Assembly (NCBI GenBank): GCA_964019425.1
Contig: OZ025796.1
Coordinates: forward strand, 186,001-250,000
DNA from: Flectonema sp. DT1601
Taxonomy: Eukaryota
Direction: 5' to 3'
DNA length: 64,000 nt
This document shows positions 60,148-64,000 of this stretch, one piece after another (positions within the stretch are counted from its first letter, which is position 1; the number at the start of each line of letters is the position of its first letter). A program made the translations under genes and the position numbers. Below the pieces are notes generated by a model that was not told where the DNA came from, did no database searches, and worked only from the letters and a program-made list of their open reading frames with translations.

Positions 60148-61851
60148 CTACTTTGATGCGGATGCTAGTCGAAGCTCATCAATCTGTTTCTGCTGTGCGG
60201 CCATTACAGTGTATAATCGAGTTATCACATTTAAAGCTGTTTTGGGATCAGCAACCAAGTCAGTGACAGATTCGTTTGTAGTTGGAAGTGTTGCTGTTGA
60301 CTGTGCTGCTTGCTTTGATCGAAATGCTTCCTTGTCCAATTCAGACTGTGTTGGTAGTGTGATGATATCGCTATTCGTTGTTTCCTGTTGCTGTTGCTGT
60401 TGCTGTTGTTGCTGTTGCTGCTGTTGTTGTCCACCCTTTCTTCGTTTCCGAGTGTGTGTTGTATTTTGTAATGAATTACTAGTCTTGTGCTGCTCCGATC
60501 CGTGAAACGTCATAATTACAAAATCATCAGCAGCCTCACCAGTGACTGCCGTCCTTTTCAATGCAGCAAACGGTTCGCACAACTGTGATTCCCTGTTTTT
60601 TTTTTTTTTTTTTGGATTAAGAAATCAACATACACAAACTTATAGCAACTAACATACTTTTCACTAGGCATTTTAACCGGTACCATCACCATTGTGAGTG
60701 AAGTAATCGGAGATTTGTGAGCGCTGAAGCAACGAAGAAGTTGGCGAGATGCCACCTGCCAAATATTAATATTTCCGTCAGCACCACCTGACAATAACGT
60801 CATTGAATCGGTTGTTAGACCTAAGGCTGTGACACCTCCACTGTGTTTTATTTTTATGTAGCAAACCAGATTCTTAACTAATAACTGACGAAGAACAAAC
60901 AGAAAAAAGAAACATACGTGTGTCCTTCAAAAGTTGCTGAGTGGTATTGACCAAGAGACTTGGAAATATCGATTTCATCTGTTTTTTTTAATTGTTTTTT
61001 TGACCTCACAACTAAACCACAAAATTGACTAATAAAGAAAACAATCACAAACCAGTTCCCATAAGAGCATTCAACAATTTGTTTTGAGGAACAACAAAAT
61101 CCGCAGACGCAGACCTTTCTGGATAAATATTTGAAAGGTATATTTTACCATCCTGACATCCAGAAAACAGTGACATCGCATGCGAACTAACAGCGAGACA
61201 CTTCGGAAGTGCAGGTAGAATACAACAATAAACATCTTGTCCGGTTATGAAATCATGTATGCGAACTGTTCTGTCTTTCGATGAGGTAACAACCCAACCA
61301 TCAGTTTGGGCACACTTTACATCAGTAACACCCAGAGTATGTCCTAAATAAGTGTTGTGTGGTCTTGATTCAGCGTGAGTTGGTAGCATCACGTCTAACA
61401 CAGTTGCTAAGTTCCAGGCTTTTACAGATGCGTCTTCTGATCCTGTGCATAGGAAAGATCCGTCTGTTGTAAAGTCAAGAGATGTGATGCTCTTGTAGTG
61501 ACCTTCCCAAATCCTAAGTAACTGCCCTGATGATAAAAACCAAAAATACAATTTACCACTTTGACTTCCAGCAACCAAATGAGTTCCTTCAACATTTATC
61601 GTAGCGCTACTCATCTTTTCTGGAAGAGTACATCTGTAGCGAGGTTGTGGTCTCGTCGCATAATGGATAGTTGATATAGCCTTATCCTTTTGAACTGATA
61701 TTACTGTTCTTTTGGCTTTGCTGTAGCAAAGTGTTTTCCCATCACATTTAATTTGATTAAATGTATGCAGCGGTAAACAATTGTCAACGTCCCAAACATA
61801 CGCTGTTTCATTCTGAGTGCTGCAGCTGAGGCAGGCTTCGATTATCGTCAT
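60148..61851 (-). CDS. WDR18: WD40 protein WDR18/Ipi3 (Rix1 complex)-like; exons 61851-61053, 60978-60918, 60840-60658, 60592-60148
   Basis: LPEKM..LVAGSQSGKLYFW..SGQLLRIWEGHYKSITSL.FT.DGSFLCTGSEDA.V..W, HTLGVTD, and a C-terminal coiled coil. Three in-frame GT-AG splices. Confidence 0.82.
60385..60429 (-). repeat. CAG/CAA repeat encoding poly-Gln in WDR18 exon 4
   Basis: (ctg/ttg)n on the + strand, in frame with a run of 15 Gln. Confidence 0.9.
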
Positions 61852-61926
61852 TTTATTGTTATTTTTTTTTCCCCCTTTTTTTTTTAAAAAAAAATTTAAC
61901 ACACGTCGTTCCAACAACTCAAAAGC

Positions 61927-62937
61927 CTACATAGGTAGCGTTAAAATATTTTTGTCAACTGCTTGCTTTGCATACCATCTGGCTTTGACATTATCACCAT
62001 GAGTACTACAACATCGTATGATTGCCTTCCACAAAACAGGATTACGCTTTCCTTCTATTAACTGACAGGCAGCATTGAATGTGTGAACGGCTATATTAAC
62101 AGCCTCTCGAGAGTTGTCGTTGTTGGAAGCAGATAGTAGAATAATATAACAATTAAAAGGTATTTTACCAAGTGGGAATAAGTTCCAAATACTGCGAAGG
62201 ACTGAAAGGCTATTTAATGATCGCAACAATGAAAAAATTATGAAAAGCTCTTTTGAATTAAAATTTTGAAAAACTTTTTGATGAGACTGCGTAATTGCAG
62301 AAAAAACATCGAAGCAGTTACTTGACAAGCTTCCCTTAATCACAGACTCAAATAAATCAAAGGTAACAGCAAACCCTTGTGATTCGAATTGCCTGTAGAC
62401 TTCCTTCAGTTCCAACGAAGTTTCACAAATTTCCATTCTTACAAAGAAATCCCTCGCACAGAGGTTTCCAAGGCATCTTAAGATAAATTCATCCCATATC
62501 ATTTTTCTGTATTTTATGTCATCTTTTACCGTCTTAGTATGTAATAACGATTGGCATAAATCGCTCACGCTTATCGTATATCCCGTTGATAAGGAATGGC
62601 TCGCTAAATCAATTACCGTCGATGCGGAAGTTGGTATTTTTAGAAGCATTGCGATGCCTCTGCTGTCGAGTTGGATGCCGTTAGAGAGAATGAACTGCAA
62701 TAATTGTTTTTGAGATTTAACATCGTTGTGTTCGATGCTTTTTTGCAATGCCCACGTGACAGTTACTTTTCCAACGTTCCATCCATTTTTGTGTGCAACA
62801 ATAACGTCGTTGGCGATGTTATTGGAGCCATTGAGTAGCCAACTCTTTTTCAACTCATCGGTACATAGTCCGTCTGTGGGATACCAAAAACGACTTCTTT
62901 TTACTGGTGAGCTCCAGGCAGCACGTCTACCTGCCAC
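61927..62937 (-). CDS. Hypothetical alpha-helical (PPR-like) protein; true start uncertain
   Basis: 336-codon open frame ending about 75 nt before the WDR18 start. There is no ATG at its 5' end, so an upstream exon is possible. Confidence 0.55.
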   Translation of the reverse strand: MAGRRAAWSSPVKRSRFWYPTDGLCTDELKKSWLLNGSNNIANDVIVAHKNGWNVGKVTVTWALQKSIEHNDVKSQKQLLQFILSNGIQLDSRGIAMLLKIPTSASTVIDLASHSLSTGYTISVSDLCQSLLHTKTVKDDIKYRKMIWDEFILRCLGNLCARDFFVRMEICETSLELKEVYRQFESQGFAVTFDLFESVIKGSLSSNCFDVFSAITQSHQKVFQNFNSKELFIIFSLLRSLNSLSVLRSIWNLFPLGKIPFNCYIILLSASNNDNSREAVNIAVHTFNAACQLIEGKRNPVLWKAIIRCCSTHGDNVKARWYAKQAVDKNILTLPM

Positions 62938-63233
62938 AATGAATCGTTTTCCTTTCTTGTTTTTTTTTTTTTTTTTTTTTTCTGGAAAAAAAAAAGAGGG
63001 GGGAAAAAATGTTAGATGCTTACTTTAGTGATGCCGCCGATGTACTTTTTGTCACTACCCCATCAACAGAGGGGTTTCATGTACAAGTGAACTACTGCTT
63101 TGGGTTAGCTGGTTGTTCAACAAGGTTTGCTTTTTTTTTTTTTTTTTTTTTTTTTTTTGTCTTCCCTCGTCGTCGTTTTTTTTCTCCTCGCCTTGTTTTC
63201 TAAATTTTCTTGCTTTCGCTAATTTGTTTCTTC

Positions 63234-63264
<31 letters not shown>

Positions 63265-64000
63265 CAAAATTCTTTCTGTTACGGAAATACACGGTACAAA
63301 TCTCATTTGAAAAACACTCGGGACAGCATGGATAACATCCATCCTTCTTCGTCTTTTTTTTTTTTTTTTTTTCTCAGGATTCAGATGCTGATGTCGGAAT
63401 TGCGCTGCTTGCAAACACACGACTATTTCGTTTTAATTTTTTTAACTTTTTTTTTTTTTTTTTTTTAAAACAAGCAACCCTATCTTCTTACCGAAAGAAA
63501 AATAACGGTAAATTTTCAGCAGTCTGGAACAATATACAAATTTACTTTTTTTTTTTTTTTTCACTTTTTTTTTCTTTTTTCGTTTTTTTTTTTTTCATTC
63601 TCATTGACACCCACTACTAACAGAGCGAAGACTTCTTGAGCGAAGCAGAATGAATACAAATCGCTGATCGGTACAGCTTGTTGGTCTCTCTCAGTGTTTG
63701 ATCATTAGTTTCATAATATAGTATAGCGTGACAAGACGCAAACAGGTTTTGCTGACTGTTTTAATCGCTTGAGGGAAACGTAACAACATAAAAGCAAACC
63801 GTTGTTGCTTATTGGGGGTCATGTATTTCGAATCACCGAAAGAAAAAAAAAAAGGGGAAAAAAAGAAACAGAAGTTGACTTTTTTATTCGAAAATGTTCG
63901 CCACTGTTTCCCAAGAATTGTATGACTTTTTAGCAAAGTTTTTACTCAGGTCAACAGTAGTGTTAAGAATCGATTTGAAATCGTATGATTTTTCATTGTG

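Noticed and set aside
2882..63936. Many short ORFs rich in poly-Phe or poly-Lys, and + strand ORFs antisense to real genes
   Set aside because: These are by-products of A/T homopolymers or shadows of minus-strand CDSs, with no recognisable domains.
1..64000. Spliced-leader RNA, tRNA or rRNA genes
   Set aside because: No SL exon-like sequence, cloverleaf or rRNA segment was recognised by eye. tRNAscan-SE and Infernal were not run, so small RNAs may have been missed.

Overview
AT-rich eukaryotic protist DNA with many homopolymer runs. A euglenozoan, most likely diplonemid-like, origin is inferred from three things: every credible host gene is on the minus strand, there are short GT-AG cis-introns, and there are single-hairpin AGA-box snoRNAs. 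Host genes include an SMI1/KNR4 protein, a MAP2K, a macrodomain protein, an XMAP215 C-terminal-like protein, sphingosine kinase, a Rab7-like GTPase, a GPAT-type acyltransferase, a transglutaminase-like protein, Sec61 alpha, a Na+/H+ exchanger fused to two NADAR domains, SNU114, SEY1 (plus a decayed duplicate) and WDR18/Ipi3. Main highlights: (1) two unrelated retroelement-associated sequence families each carry a hammerhead ribozyme with the same non-circularly permuted strand order and fully covarying helices; (2) a Penelope-like RT has a Josephin-like C-terminal domain; (3) a 5'-truncated retroelement family inserts next to G-runs with target-site duplications; (4) three identical AGA-box snoRNAs in SNU114 intron 1 are predicted to guide pseudouridylation of LSU rRNA helix 69; (5) introns have A-tracts where polypyrimidine tracts are expected. 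All calls come from reading the sequence by eye; no searches were run.
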